A stretch of DNA of 64,000 bases from Patescibacteria group bacterium (GTDB lineage Bacteria; Patescibacteriota; Patescibacteriia; JACRDY01): contig JBAZBH010000004.1 of the NCBI GenBank assembly GCA_041671565.1, positions 9,308 to 73,307 of the forward strand. Direction: 5' to 3'. The stretch's first letter is position 1; every line of letters starts with the position of its first letter. Shown in pieces: positions 19,614 through 29,600 of this stretch. Under the pieces are notes generated by a model. That model was given only the letters and a program-made list of their open reading frames with translations. It was not told the DNA's origin and did not search any database. A program made the position numbers and the translations under genes.

Positions 19614-20396
19614 ATGTTTGATGATGCCAAAAAACCAGACACGGCTGTAAACACCGAAGACATTTTCTCGGAAGTGGATCAGACGCCAGCCACGCCAGTT
19701 CGCCAGCCGTTTAACCAACCAGCGGTTCCGCCAGCGCCGGGTATGCCTGAGCCGGGATTTCCCAGTATGGGCGGCGGCCGGCCGTGGCTCAAGATTGTCT
19801 TGGTGGTTTTGATAGTTTTGGCAGTGGTGGTTTTGGGGGCGGTAGCCGCGAAATTTTTGTGGCCGACCGGCAATACGCCAGCCATTAATTCCACGCCAAC
19901 TTTAAACCTGAATAGCGCCATTAACCAAGAGCCGGCGTTGAATTTAAACCAGCCAATTATTAATCAAGATGAAGTAGAGCCTTTAATCAATGAGCCGGTA
20001 GCAGCGCCCTTGGACAGCGACAGCGACGGGCTAACCGACGCCGATGAGATAAAATATGGCACCAATCCTTATTTGCCGGACACGGATTTGGACGGTTTGT
20101 TTGATAAAGAAGAGATCGAAATTTACAAAACCAATCCGCTCAACGCCGATACTGACGGTGACAGCTACCAAGACGGGGCAGAGGTGAAAGGCGGTTATAA
20201 CCCGAATGGTCCTGGCCGGCTCTACAGTCCGGCGGCGCCCGCCACTAATTCGAATCAAACCGCTACCCCGAGTTCAAGTTTTACCTGCCCAACTGCCACC
20301 GAGACCACCAACTGTATGCCGGTTTTAACTAGCGAACGAGCTATCTTTTGCCAATGGGTCAAAGACAATTGCCCGAATGCTAAAATTGTTTACTAA
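19614..20396 (+). CDS. Single-TM membrane protein with bacterial TSP3-like repeats
   Basis: TM, low-complexity linker, three DxDxDG repeats, small Cys-containing C-terminus. Confidence 0.8.
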   Translation: MFDDAKKPDTAVNTEDIFSEVDQTPATPVRQPFNQPAVPPAPGMPEPGFPSMGGGRPWLKIVLVVLIVLAVVVLGAVAAKFLWPTGNTPAINSTPTLNLNSAINQEPALNLNQPIINQDEVEPLINEPVAAPLDSDSDGLTDADEIKYGTNPYLPDTDLDGLFDKEEIEIYKTNPLNADTDGDSYQDGAEVKGGYNPNGPGRLYSPAAPATNSNQTATPSSSFTCPTATETTNCMPVLTSERAIFCQWVKDNCPNAKIVY

Positions 20397-20398
20397 TT

Positions 20399-21397
20399 AT
20401 GTTCAATTGGGGCAAGAAAAACACGGCCACGCCCGCGGTTAAGCCAAAACCGGCGGCCAAATTGCGGCCGGAAGAAATCCAGGTGATGCCGCGGCAGTTT
20501 TTTGCTACCTCGCATTCAGGGCTTAGTTCTCGCGCCAAAGTGATTATTCTTGTAGTTTTATGTCTAATTTTAATTGGCGCTTTGGTGGTGTTTTTCGCGG
20601 TTGACTGGCGAACAGTTAATCAGTTGGCAGTTAATTCCACTCCGGCAGTTAACGAACCGGTGGTTGCTCCGGCAGTAGAAGAAGCGCCGGTGGCGGTTAA
20701 TGCTAATATTAACGCCGAAGCTTTGCCTGAGGTGAATGCCAATCAGCCGACTACGGAAGTTAAGCCAATCGCTGAAGAAACGCCGACAACCGGCGGCGCG
20801 ATAACGCCAGTGTCGTCGCCAGTGACGGTTAAGCTAACCAGCGGGCCGGATGCTGATGGCGACGGTCTGACTGACGCCGAAGAAGCGGCGCTGGGCACCA
20901 ATCCAAACAAGCCCGATACCGACGCCGATGGTTATGTAGACGGCCAAGAGGTGAGGAGCGGTTTCGACCCGTTATTGCCCAATAAGACGCTAAGCGCTTC
21001 CAAAGCGGTCCAGAATTATGCCAGTCCGATTTATCATTATAACTTGTTTTATCCCGCCGCCTGGAAGGTACGGGCGATGGATGAAACCGGCGCCCAACTG
21101 ATTATTCAGCCGCCGGCCGGCAAAGAGTTTCTCGAGGTGATTGTGATTGAGGGCGTTAGCGGCGGCCTTGGCAAGTGGTATCAGACTTATGTTAGCCAGT
21201 CGGCCAGCCAGCCGGCGGTCGCTCAGCTTAATAGCTGGCAGATAATCTATAGCGACGATCATTTAACCGCTTATTTAAGTCAGCCGGACCTGAAGCAGGT
21301 ATTTATTGTTAATTATAATAACGCCGGGCAAGCGGAGTTAAGCTGGCAGACAATTTTTCAGCTGGTGATTAATAGTTTTAAGCTGGCGGCTAGTTAA
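20399..21397 (+). CDS. Single-TM membrane protein with TSP3-like repeats and a PsbP-like C-terminal domain
   Basis: [17 protein letters not shown] repeats, Y....Y...YP..W and F...INSFK patterns. Confidence 0.75.
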   Translation: MFNWGKKNTATPAVKPKPAAKLRPEEIQVMPRQFFATSHSGLSSRAKVIILVVLCLILIGALVVFFAVDWRTVNQLAVNSTPAVNEPVVAPAVEEAPVAVNANINAEALPEVNANQPTTEVKPIAEETPTTGGAITPVSSPVTVKLTSGPDADGDGLTDAEEAALGTNPNKPDTDADGYVDGQEVRSGFDPLLPNKTLSASKAVQNYASPIYHYNLFYPAAWKVRAMDETGAQLIIQPPAGKEFLEVIVIEGVSGGLGKWYQTYVSQSASQPAVAQLNSWQIIYSDDHLTAYLSQPDLKQVFIVNYNNAGQAELSWQTIFQLVINSFKLAAS

Positions 21398-21405
21398 TAA
21401 AACGG

Positions 21406-21885
21406 ATGCGAATAGAAATAAACAAACAAGTGCGGTCGCCAATCAGCCCGCGGCTAGTTGAAAAAATCGGCCGGGCGTTTGTTTCGCTGGTTTTGGTTAA
21501 TTGGCGGGAAGTATCGCTTGGCATAGTGGGGGACAGCGAGATAAAAAAGTTGAATCGCCGTTATCGCCACCATGATCAAGTGACCGATGTTCTCAGTTTT
21601 GCCGTCTCGCCTGATAATTTTCCCGCAGCCAGCGTGGTTACCGGCGGTGAGATTATCATTTGTTATCCGCAGGCCGTCCGCCAGGCCAAAGCCGCCGGGC
21701 GGCCGATTGCCGAGGAATTCAGTTGGCTTTTAATCCACGGTTTGTTGCATCTGTCCGGTCTGGACCATGAGAAAAGCGCCAAAGAAGCCAAAATTATGGC
21801 TCGTTTGGAAGAAAATTTGTTATCTCAGATTTGGCGAAAAAAGGCAAAAAGAGGTATAATTAGGCAAGTTAAAAAAAGCCGATAG
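21406..21885 (+). CDS. ybeY: rRNA maturation RNase YbeY
   Basis: LNRRYR..D..TDVLSF and HGLLHL.GLDH motifs. Confidence 0.95.
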   Translation: MRIEINKQVRSPISPRLVEKIGRAFVSLVLVNWREVSLGIVGDSEIKKLNRRYRHHDQVTDVLSFAVSPDNFPAASVVTGGEIIICYPQAVRQAKAAGRPIAEEFSWLLIHGLLHLSGLDHEKSAKEAKIMARLEENLLSQIWRKKAKRGIIRQVKKSR

Positions 21886-21896
21886 TCATCAACAAT

Positions 21897-23150
21897 ATGT
21901 CTTCCGAAGAATTAATCACTGGCCTGGATGTTGGTTCAGCTACCATTCGTATGGTAGTGGGCCAGCGGTCGGCCGAACAAAAACTTAATATCATTGCCGC
22001 CGCCGAGGTGTCGGCTGAAGGTATTAGCAAAGGCACGATTGTTAGTATTGAAGACGCGGTCGCTAGCATTAATAAATGCTTGGAAAAGACCGAAAAAATT
22101 GCCGGCGCCGCCATGGAAAAAGCCTGGGTGGGTATTTCCGGCAGTCATATTATTTGTCAGGAATCAAAAGGGGTGGTGGCGATTTCCCGGTCGGACGGCG
22201 AGATTACCGAAGAGGATGTGGATCGGGCGATTGAGGCCGCGCGGACCGTAGCGACCCCGTCCAATTACGAGATTTTGCATGTGATTCCACGGTCTTTCAG
22301 TATTGACGGCCAGACCAACATCAAAGACCCGGTGGGCATGTCCGGTATTCGCTTGGAGGTAGACACGCAGATTATTCAAGGCCTAGGCTCGCAAATCAAA
22401 AATTTGACCAAATGCGTTTATCGCACCGGCCTGGATATTGAGGATTTAGTTTTATCAATTTTGGCGGCGGCGGAAGCGGTGCTGACCAATCGCCAGCGGG
22501 AACTTGGTGTGGTTTTGGTTAACATCGGCGCGGCGACCACTTCCTTGATAGTTTTTGAAAACGGCGATGTTTTACATACGGCCGTTTTGCCGATTGGTTC
22601 TGACCATATTACTTCGGATATTGCCATTGGCCTGCGGGTTTCAATCGATACCGCCGAGCAAGTGAAGCTGAACTACGGCACAGCCTCAGCCAAAGATATT
22701 TTGAAAAAAGAAGAAATTGATTTATTTGACCTCGACCAGACCGTCACTCAAACTGACAGTGTGGTTTCTCGCAAATATGTGGCGGAAATCATTGAGGCGC
22801 GGGTGGAAGAAATCTTTGAAAAAATAGACGCCGAGCTGAAAAAAGTTGAACGATCCGGCAGTCTGCCGGCCGGCGTGGTTTTGATCGGCGGCGGCGCCAA
22901 GTTGCCCGGCGTGGTGGATCTCGCCAAAAGAAAACTAAAACTGCCGGCTTGCCTGGGTTTTGCCCAAAATCTAACTTCGGCGATTGATAAAGTGCAGGAC
23001 CTAGGCTTTCTCACGGCTGTGGGTTTGGTCGTCTGGGGTGACCAACTAACTCGCGGCAAAAAACGCGGTTTTTCTTTGTCGCAGTTTAAGAGCGTGGCGG
23101 TCGTCGGGGAGAAGATTCGCGGGTGGTTTAAGGGCATCAGCGGCAACTAG
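21897..23150 (+). CDS. ftsA: Cell division protein FtsA
   Basis: GLDVGS, DPVGMSG.RL, IT.DIA.GL and GGGAKL motifs; adjacent to ftsZ. Confidence 0.97.
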   Translation: MSSEELITGLDVGSATIRMVVGQRSAEQKLNIIAAAEVSAEGISKGTIVSIEDAVASINKCLEKTEKIAGAAMEKAWVGISGSHIICQESKGVVAISRSDGEITEEDVDRAIEAARTVATPSNYEILHVIPRSFSIDGQTNIKDPVGMSGIRLEVDTQIIQGLGSQIKNLTKCVYRTGLDIEDLVLSILAAAEAVLTNRQRELGVVLVNIGAATTSLIVFENGDVLHTAVLPIGSDHITSDIAIGLRVSIDTAEQVKLNYGTASAKDILKKEEIDLFDLDQTVTQTDSVVSRKYVAEIIEARVEEIFEKIDAELKKVERSGSLPAGVVLIGGGAKLPGVVDLAKRKLKLPACLGFAQNLTSAIDKVQDLGFLTAVGLVVWGDQLTRGKKRGFSLSQFKSVAVVGEKIRGWFKGISGN

Positions 23151-23244
23151 ATTTATTCCAGTTTTAGGATGTTTATGATATAATATCGGTAGTTATCTGT
23201 TACTGTTGATAAATTGAGTAAGATTAGTATTCATCATTATTTTT

Positions 23245-24405
23245 ATGGCTGAGGTCAAGCCCGACATTGAAACTTTTGCCAAGATAAAAGTTTTGGGCAT
23301 CGGCGGCTCCGGCGGTTCGGCTCTCAACCGGATGATCGCCGCCAAAATTAAAGGCGTGGAATTTATTGCCATCAATACCGATGTGCAAGCGCTTTATTAT
23401 TGTCAGGCGCAGAAGAAAATCCATATTGGCAAGGCGGTGACCAAGGGCCTCGGCGCCGGCATGGATCCGGATTTGGGCCGGTCGGCGGCGGAAGAAAACC
23501 AAAACGAGATCCGCGACGCGGTGCGTGACGCTGATATGATTTTTATCACTTGCGGGCTAGGCGGCGGCACTGGCACGGGCGCGGCGCCGATTGTCGCCGA
23601 GATTTGCCGCGATGTTGGGGCGTTGACGGTCGCAGTAGTCACCAAGCCGTTTGCTTTTGAAGGCGCGCAACGGCGGGCGATCGCCGAAAAAGGTTTGGAA
23701 GAATTGCAGAGCCGGGTGGACACGATTATCACTATTCCCAATGACCGCCTCCTGCAAATTATTGATAAAAAAACCCTGCTTTTGGACGCTTTTAATATCG
23801 TTGACGACATCTTGCGCCAAGGCGTGCAGGGCATTTCCGAGTTGATTACCATTCCGGGTTTGATCAATGTGGACTTTGCCGATGTTAAGGCGATCATGAA
23901 AGACAGCGGTTCGGCTTTGATGGGCATTGGCCAGAGTAAAGGCGATAACCGGGCGATTGAAGCCGCTAAATCGGCGGTTGCGTCGCCGCTTTTGGAACTT
24001 TCCATGGAAGGCGCCAAGGGCATCTTATTTACCATTTGCGGTTCTAAGAATCTAGCCATGCAAGAGGTGAGTGAGGCGGCGAAGGTGATTACCGCTTCGG
24101 CTGACCCGGACGCTAAGATTATCTTTGGCGCGGTGATCAATGAAGACATGGGCGATGACATCAAGATTACGGTGGTGGCGACCGGTTTTGAAAAAGGCCG
24201 CAAGCCGTCGGAGGCCATGAATCAGCCGACCGGTTATAAGCCCAGCCGGTTTATTAGCCGGCGCCAAGACGAGGCGGAGGCCGAAGAGAGCGATGACGAA
24301 GATGATGTTAAGCCGCGGGTTTTCGGGCGCAAAAAAGTAGAAGATAAGCCGGCAGATGATGAGGAATTGGATATCCCGGCTTTCATCAGAAAAAAAATGA
24401 AGTAA
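23245..24405 (+). CDS. ftsZ: Cell division protein FtsZ
   Basis: GGGTGTG tubulin signature, INVDFADV, C-terminal LDIPAFIR. Confidence 0.99.
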   Translation: MAEVKPDIETFAKIKVLGIGGSGGSALNRMIAAKIKGVEFIAINTDVQALYYCQAQKKIHIGKAVTKGLGAGMDPDLGRSAAEENQNEIRDAVRDADMIFITCGLGGGTGTGAAPIVAEICRDVGALTVAVVTKPFAFEGAQRRAIAEKGLEELQSRVDTIITIPNDRLLQIIDKKTLLLDAFNIVDDILRQGVQGISELITIPGLINVDFADVKAIMKDSGSALMGIGQSKGDNRAIEAAKSAVASPLLELSMEGAKGILFTICGSKNLAMQEVSEAAKVITASADPDAKIIFGAVINEDMGDDIKITVVATGFEKGRKPSEAMNQPTGYKPSRFISRRQDEAEAEESDDEDDVKPRVFGRKKVEDKPADDEELDIPAFIRKKMK

Positions 24406-24809
24406 ATTAGATAGCGGAGTAACGAGGCCTCTGGCCTCGTTGTGTTTTTAGCACAATCTCAGGTTGTGTTTTTTAGTTTATCTTACTAATTTTCTTTTGC
24501 CCATCGCCTGCGGCGGGCTTTGCTACTTTCTGTGACCAGAAAGTAGCGCAAAGAGTCCCGGGGTGGCCCCGCATGCGCAGGGGCAGGCAAAAAGCCCGAT
24601 CTTCGTGGCACCTGGGTTCTTCTCGCCCCGCCTCACCTCGCAGTCGCTACCTTTGGTTCTATTACCCCTATATATCGCTTTGCGGCAACATATATTTACT
24701 AGTTAGTAGAAAGGGTCGGTTCGTCTCGGTCCGCCAACTGGCGGACACCCCGGACCCCGATTCTGGTTGGTTTTGTACTTTTGAATAAAAGACACTGTAG
24801 AGATGTTCT
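24403..24809. mobile_element. ~400-bp structured intergenic element, copy A (opens with a terminator-like hairpin)
   Basis: Shares five ordered sequence blocks with 48557-48996, with compensatory base changes. Confidence 0.65.
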
Positions 24810-24888
24810 TAAATAAAAACTTAATTTGTATGAGGATGGTAGTTTGTTTCTGGCTTTTTGCGGTTATTTTTGCTAAGATAAGAGTAAT

Positions 24889-26298
24889 ATGGCATTAAAA
24901 CTCCACAATACTTTAACGCGGCAAAAGGAAGAATTCCGCCCGTTACGGGGCAAAAAGGTCACGATGTATCATTGCGGCCCGACGGTTTATTGGACTCAGC
25001 ATATCGGTAATCTGCGGGGGATGGTGATGGCTGATTTAGTAGTTCGGACCTTGAAGTATCTGGGCTATAAAGTTAAATTGGCGCGCAATTACACTGATGT
25101 TGGCCACCTAACTTCCGACGGTGACGAGGGCGAGGATAAGATGGCAAAGGGCGTTAAGCGGGAAGGCTTGTCGCCGCGCCAAATTGCCAAGAAATATATC
25201 AAAATTTTTGAGCATGATTATCGCGCCGTGAATGTTTTGGAGCCGGATTATAAGCCGCGCGCCACCAAGTATATTAAGGAAATGATTAAGTTGGTGCAGG
25301 AGTTAATAGCCAAAGATTATGCTTATCCGACTGATTTAGCGATATATTTTGATGTAACTAAGGCGGCTAATTACGGCCAACTTTCCGGCCAAGGGTTAGC
25401 TGATAAACTGGAAGGCGCGGGTAAAGGCGAGGTGGAAGACGGGCAAAAAAAACACCCGGCGGATTTTGCTTTATGGTTTTTTAAAGCCGGACGGCACCAA
25501 AACGCGCTGCAATTTTGGCCCTCGCCGTTTCAGTCGCCTTTAGTAAGAAGGGGGATTGGTTTTCCTGGCTGGCATATCGAGTGTTCGGCCATGGCGCGGA
25601 AACTGCTTGGCAAAACTCTGGACCTGCACATGGGCGGCATTGAACATATTGCTGTCCATCATACTAATGAAATCGCCCAGAGCGAAGCGGCTAATGGCGT
25701 CAAATTCGTTAATTATTGGCTCCACAACGAACATTTGTTAGTCAATGACCGCAAGATGGCCAAATCCGAAGGCACGGGCTACAGCTTGGCGGAAGTGGAG
25801 GAAAAAGGTTTTGGCCCACTCGCGCTCCGTTTTTTCTTTTTGCAGGCGCATTACCGCGGCAAGCAGAATTTTACTTGGGAAGCGCTCGGCGCGGCCGCGA
25901 GCGGACTCCAAAATATTTATAACCAAGTTAGGGAATTGGGCGGTAAAAAGGGCAAAATTAGCATTGAGTTTAAAAATAAGTTCATCGAGAAAATTAGCGA
26001 CGATTTCAATTTACCGCAGGCTTTAGCCGTAGTTGCCGAGATGTTGAAAGCGGATTTGCCGGCCAAAGATAAGCTGGCGACGATTTTGGATTTTGATAAG
26101 GTTTTGGGGCTGGGTTTAGGCAAACTGAAAAAAGAAAAACTAACCATCCCAGCGGCAGTTAAACAGTTGGCTGAAGACAGATTAAAGGCCCGTTTGGTTA
26201 AAGATTGGGCTAGATCTGACGAGTTGAGAAAGAAAATCGGGGAGCTGGGTTACACGGTTGAAGACGATAAAGACGGTTATCAGATCAAAAAAAAGTGA
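24889..26298 (+). CDS. cysS: Cysteine--tRNA ligase
   Basis: CGPTVY..HIGN, PGWHIECS, HHTNEIAQ, KMAKS motifs. Confidence 0.97.
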   Translation: MALKLHNTLTRQKEEFRPLRGKKVTMYHCGPTVYWTQHIGNLRGMVMADLVVRTLKYLGYKVKLARNYTDVGHLTSDGDEGEDKMAKGVKREGLSPRQIAKKYIKIFEHDYRAVNVLEPDYKPRATKYIKEMIKLVQELIAKDYAYPTDLAIYFDVTKAANYGQLSGQGLADKLEGAGKGEVEDGQKKHPADFALWFFKAGRHQNALQFWPSPFQSPLVRRGIGFPGWHIECSAMARKLLGKTLDLHMGGIEHIAVHHTNEIAQSEAANGVKFVNYWLHNEHLLVNDRKMAKSEGTGYSLAEVEEKGFGPLALRFFFLQAHYRGKQNFTWEALGAAASGLQNIYNQVRELGGKKGKISIEFKNKFIEKISDDFNLPQALAVVAEMLKADLPAKDKLATILDFDKVLGLGLGKLKKEKLTIPAAVKQLAEDRLKARLVKDWARSDELRKKIGELGYTVEDDKDGYQIKKK

Positions 26299-26309
26299 TA
26301 ATTTAATAA

Positions 26310-26335
26310 AGAGACGCGCCGCGGCGCGTCTCTAC
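26310..26335 (-). repeat. GTAG-type REP palindrome next to the RAYT gene
   Basis: GTAGAGACGCGCCGCGGCGCGTCTCT on the minus strand; second copy at 26628-26652 inside the RAYT gene. Confidence 0.85.
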
Positions 26336-26345
26336 TAGTGCTAAC

Positions 26346-26900
26346 ATGTCAGATGATAAATTTAAGAATAAATATCGGATACCGTCGGCGCGTTTAAAAA
26401 ATCATGATTATTCCGGGGTTGGTCTATATTCGGTGACCATTTGTGTGAAAGATAGAAAATGTTGCTTGGGGGAGATTAAAGACGACAAGGTGGTTTTATC
26501 AGCGATTGGAGAGATAGTTAGAGAAGAATTGCTAAAAACGCCACAAATGCTGCCGAATGTTTTATTGGATACCTGGATAATAATGCCGAATCATATTCAT
26601 GCCATTTTTGAGATCATGTCTACCGGCGTAGAGACGCGCCGCGGCGCGTCTCCGCAGAATCAATTTGGTCAAATTTTTAGAAATTCCATCCCCGTTATTA
26701 TTAATCAATTTAAGGGTTCGGTCGTTCGTCGCATAAACCAAAAATACGGCCCCGGCCATTTTGCCTGGCAACCGCGCTATTACGACCATATCATCGCCGA
26801 TGAAAGGGAATATAACAATGTTGCTCAGTATATTCTGGATAACCCGAGCCAATGGCCGAAAGACGAGAATAACCCAGTAAACTTTAAAAATGCCAAATAA
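26346..26900 (+). mobile_element. REP-associated tyrosine transposase (RAYT, Y1 HUH)
   Basis: S.RL..HDY, MPNHIH (HUH), WQ.RYYDHII, Y-ILDNP; REPs both flanking and internal. Confidence 0.9.
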
Positions 26901-27837
26901 ACTGTTTAAAAGTCAGCCGCTTCTCGCTCTCGCGCCGATGGCCGGAATTACGGACTCGGCGTTTCGTTTGTTGTGCCGCGAATCGGGCGCTGATTTGGTG
27001 TACTCGGAAATGGTTTCGGCTGACGGGCTGGTTTATGGCAAAAAAAGTTGGGAATTGGTTAAATTCAGTTCACGGGAAAGGCCAATTGTCATTCAACTTT
27101 TTGGCAAGAAGCCGGACAAATTCGCCGCCGCGGCCGCGATGATTGTCCGGAAAATCAAGCCCGAGGCGATTGACATCAATATGGGTTGTCCGGCCAAAAA
27201 AGTCGTGCGCTCCGGCCACGGTGTTGTCCTGATGCAAGACCCGGCGCTCGCTTGCCAGATTGTCCAAGCCGTCAAAAAGGCGGTTGGCGATAAATGTTTA
27301 GTCTCGGTCAAAACACGCCTCGGCTTTAGCAACAAAAAAGAGATTTTATCGTTCGCGCCCAAACTGGAAAAGGCCGGTATGGATTTTCTCTGCCTGCACG
27401 GCCGGACTTACCCCCAAGGATTCAGCGGCGAGGTTGATTTACTGATGATTAAAAAAGTTAAAGATTTGCTTAAAATTCCGGTTCTCGCGAACGGCGGAGT
27501 GAAAACGCCGGAACAAGCCGCGGCGATGTTAAAAGTGACCGGCGCGGACGGGCTGGCGCTCGGCTTGGGAACTTTGGGCCGGCCGTGGTTATTTCAAGAA
27601 ATCAAAGAATTTTTAAATACGGGCGCTTACCGCGAACTAACTTGGTCGGAGATTAAAAAAGTAATGATGCGCCAGGCTAAACTCGCTTATCAGCAAAAGG
27701 GGAGTTTCGGCCTAGTGGAACTGCGAAAGCACTTGTGTTGGTACACTAAGGGCCATGCGGGCGCCGCCGAGTGGCGGGCGCGGCTAGTACGAGTGGAAAC
27801 GCTCCGGGATATCCAAAAGATTTTAAAAGAGATATAG
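26890..27837 (+). CDS. dusB: tRNA-dihydrouridine synthase (DusB-like)
   Basis: LAPMAGITD, IDINMGCP, HGRT, ANGG motifs. Confidence 0.9.
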   Translation: MPNKLFKSQPLLALAPMAGITDSAFRLLCRESGADLVYSEMVSADGLVYGKKSWELVKFSSRERPIVIQLFGKKPDKFAAAAAMIVRKIKPEAIDINMGCPAKKVVRSGHGVVLMQDPALACQIVQAVKKAVGDKCLVSVKTRLGFSNKKEILSFAPKLEKAGMDFLCLHGRTYPQGFSGEVDLLMIKKVKDLLKIPVLANGGVKTPEQAAAMLKVTGADGLALGLGTLGRPWLFQEIKEFLNTGAYRELTWSEIKKVMMRQAKLAYQQKGSFGLVELRKHLCWYTKGHAGAAEWRARLVRVETLRDIQKILKEI

Positions 27838-27900
27838 TTTAATTAATAGTTTTGGTTATTTATAATCATTTGTCGGTAATTCATATTAATCGTGTTATTT

Positions 27901-27953
27901 ATCCGGCTGGAAGCGATGCGAATACTACGAATTACATGCGAATGATGCGAATA
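27901..27953. repeat. Half copy of the family B 9-mer repeat element
   Basis: ggctggaagcgatgcgaatactacgaattacatgcgaat is close to the reverse complement of 2757-2795. Confidence 0.75.
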
Positions 27954-28028
27954 ATAAGGCAATCAATTAACATAAGCGGTTTATAAAACAACCATTTAAC
28001 CAGGGCTCAAGTTGGCAGGAGGGCAAAC

Positions 28029-28400
28029 ATGAGTGAGGCAAATGGTTCTGGTAAGTGCCAGGTTTGCGGTTTTGATTTCAGAGTCGTGATTAGCGATTCG
28101 GAAGAAGCCAAACGGCTGGCGGAAGTGTGCCGGCGCGGCCGGCCGGTTCTTAAAGAACCGCGATTGGCGGTTGGTTTGTGGGTTTGGGCGACATTACCGA
28201 GCCAGAATGGCAACGGCATCCAGCCAGCGGTGGTCGGCCGGATCCGGGAGGTTATTTGGCTGAACGCGTTCACTGCGGTTTATCCCGAACGGCCGCATGC
28301 CATTGTGTATGCCGTTGAACTGTCCGACGGCCAAATAGTCAGGCTGCCCGATCGGTTAAAAGTCATCAGCATCCATCCAAGATCTTTGCAGGTAACATAA
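28029..28400 (+). CDS. Hypothetical protein (N-terminal CxxC)
   Basis: AGGAGG SD upstream, terminator downstream; no family recognised. Confidence 0.6.
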   Translation: MSEANGSGKCQVCGFDFRVVISDSEEAKRLAEVCRRGRPVLKEPRLAVGLWVWATLPSQNGNGIQPAVVGRIREVIWLNAFTAVYPERPHAIVYAVELSDGQIVRLPDRLKVISIHPRSLQVT

Positions 28401-28436
28401 AAGGCGGCATTTCATCAATGGCCGCCTTGTTTTTTT
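28401..28436 (+). terminator. Intrinsic terminator
   Basis: AAGGCGGC...GCCGCCTT followed by a T-run. Confidence 0.7.
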
Positions 28437-28441
28437 AAAAA

Positions 28442-28637
28442 AGAGAATCAAGAATTAAGAATCATGAATCAAGAAGCCCTTTTTATTCTCTTATTCTTAA
28501 TTCTAGTTCTGATTTCTTAATAACTACTTGGTATATGGTATATCGTATATGGTATGTGGCTGCTAAGTTTACTTGGTTCTTTAGAGATTAACTTGGTATT
28601 AAACCCTCTTGATTCATGATTCTAGCTTCATGATTCT
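28442..28637. repeat. Composite AAGAATC heptamer palindrome with an internal GTATATG heptamer block
   Basis: The internal block is the reverse complement of about 57670-57737. Confidence 0.8.
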
Positions 28638-28642
28638 CCTTC

Positions 28643-29575
28643 CTACCACCACCGTTTCTTCTTGAAAATTAGAATTAAAACTCCCGCCACCACCGCCATC
28701 AGCGCGATAATCAGCCAAAAATCCGCTGGCTGGCCAACGAGGGGGTGATAGACCGTATTCATGCCAAAGATGAAGGCGAGGAGGTTAATTGGCATGAAAA
28801 TCACCGAAATAATGGTCAGGGTTTTGATAATCTGGCTTAGCTGATAAGAGGCGAGCGAAGCGTGAGTTTCATACAGGGCGTTAACCGTGTTTTGGCAGTT
28901 TTCCAGTGTGTCCCAGATTTCTTTTGATTGTTCCACCAGATTTTTAAAGCGGAGTTCCAGCTTCTGGCCCGGCAAAAGGCGGTCGCCCGCTTCCATCAAC
29001 CGGTAGATCAGGTTTTTATGGGTTTGCATCGCCTGGCGGAAATTAACGATATTTTTTTTGATCAGGGCAATCTCCCGGATTAATTTTGGCCCTGGGGCGG
29101 TGAAGATCTGGCTTTCAATCTGGTTAACATCGTTATTGAGATGGGCGAGCATGGGGAAACAGTATTCGGTCAAGCGGTTGAGGAGTTCATAAAGCAAAGC
29201 CGCCGGGCCGCCGCTGAGCAGGTGGGCAAACATTTCCGTGTCCTTTTGGCAAAGGGCAAAAAAGTCGCGAAGGGGCGGCAATTGGCTGTCGTGGCAGGTG
29301 ACGAGAAAATTTTGGCCGATAAAAAAGTCCACTTCCACGGCTTTAATCTCCCGGGTGGGGCGGTTATAAATCGGGAAAAGCAAGGTTAAAAACAAGTAAT
29401 CGCGCCGTTCCAGGAGTTTGGGCCGGTTGTTGGGCGGCAGGCAGTCTTTGAGGTCGAGCGGGTCAAAATCAAAGTTTTTCTTCAGCCAGTTGATCTCGCA
29501 GAGTGTATTCTGGGTGGCATTAACCCACTGGTAGTTGTTTTCGCGCAAGAGATGGATGTGTTTGGGTTGAGGCAT
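28643..29575 (-). CDS. corA: CorA family Mg2+ transporter
   Basis: C-terminal LTIIS..F.P...FGMN motif with two TM helices, ending KKKRWW. Confidence 0.93.
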   Translation of the reverse strand: MPQPKHIHLLRENNYQWVNATQNTLCEINWLKKNFDFDPLDLKDCLPPNNRPKLLERRDYLFLTLLFPIYNRPTREIKAVEVDFFIGQNFLVTCHDSQLPPLRDFFALCQKDTEMFAHLLSGGPAALLYELLNRLTEYCFPMLAHLNNDVNQIESQIFTAPGPKLIREIALIKKNIVNFRQAMQTHKNLIYRLMEAGDRLLPGQKLELRFKNLVEQSKEIWDTLENCQNTVNALYETHASLASYQLSQIIKTLTIISVIFMPINLLAFIFGMNTVYHPLVGQPADFWLIIALMAVVAGVLILIFKKKRWW

Positions 29576-29600
29576 ATTTTTGTTTTAAAATTATTCAATC

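Noticed and set aside
23403-24218. Long antisense ORFs over ftsZ, and similarly over hisS, yqeY and the VirD4-like gene
   Set aside because: Shadow frames of well-conserved genes with no independent motifs
24573-24788. ORFs inside the ~400-bp elements (24573..24788, 48747..48938, 48812..49042)
   Set aside because: Frames are not conserved between the two copies, whereas base pairing is
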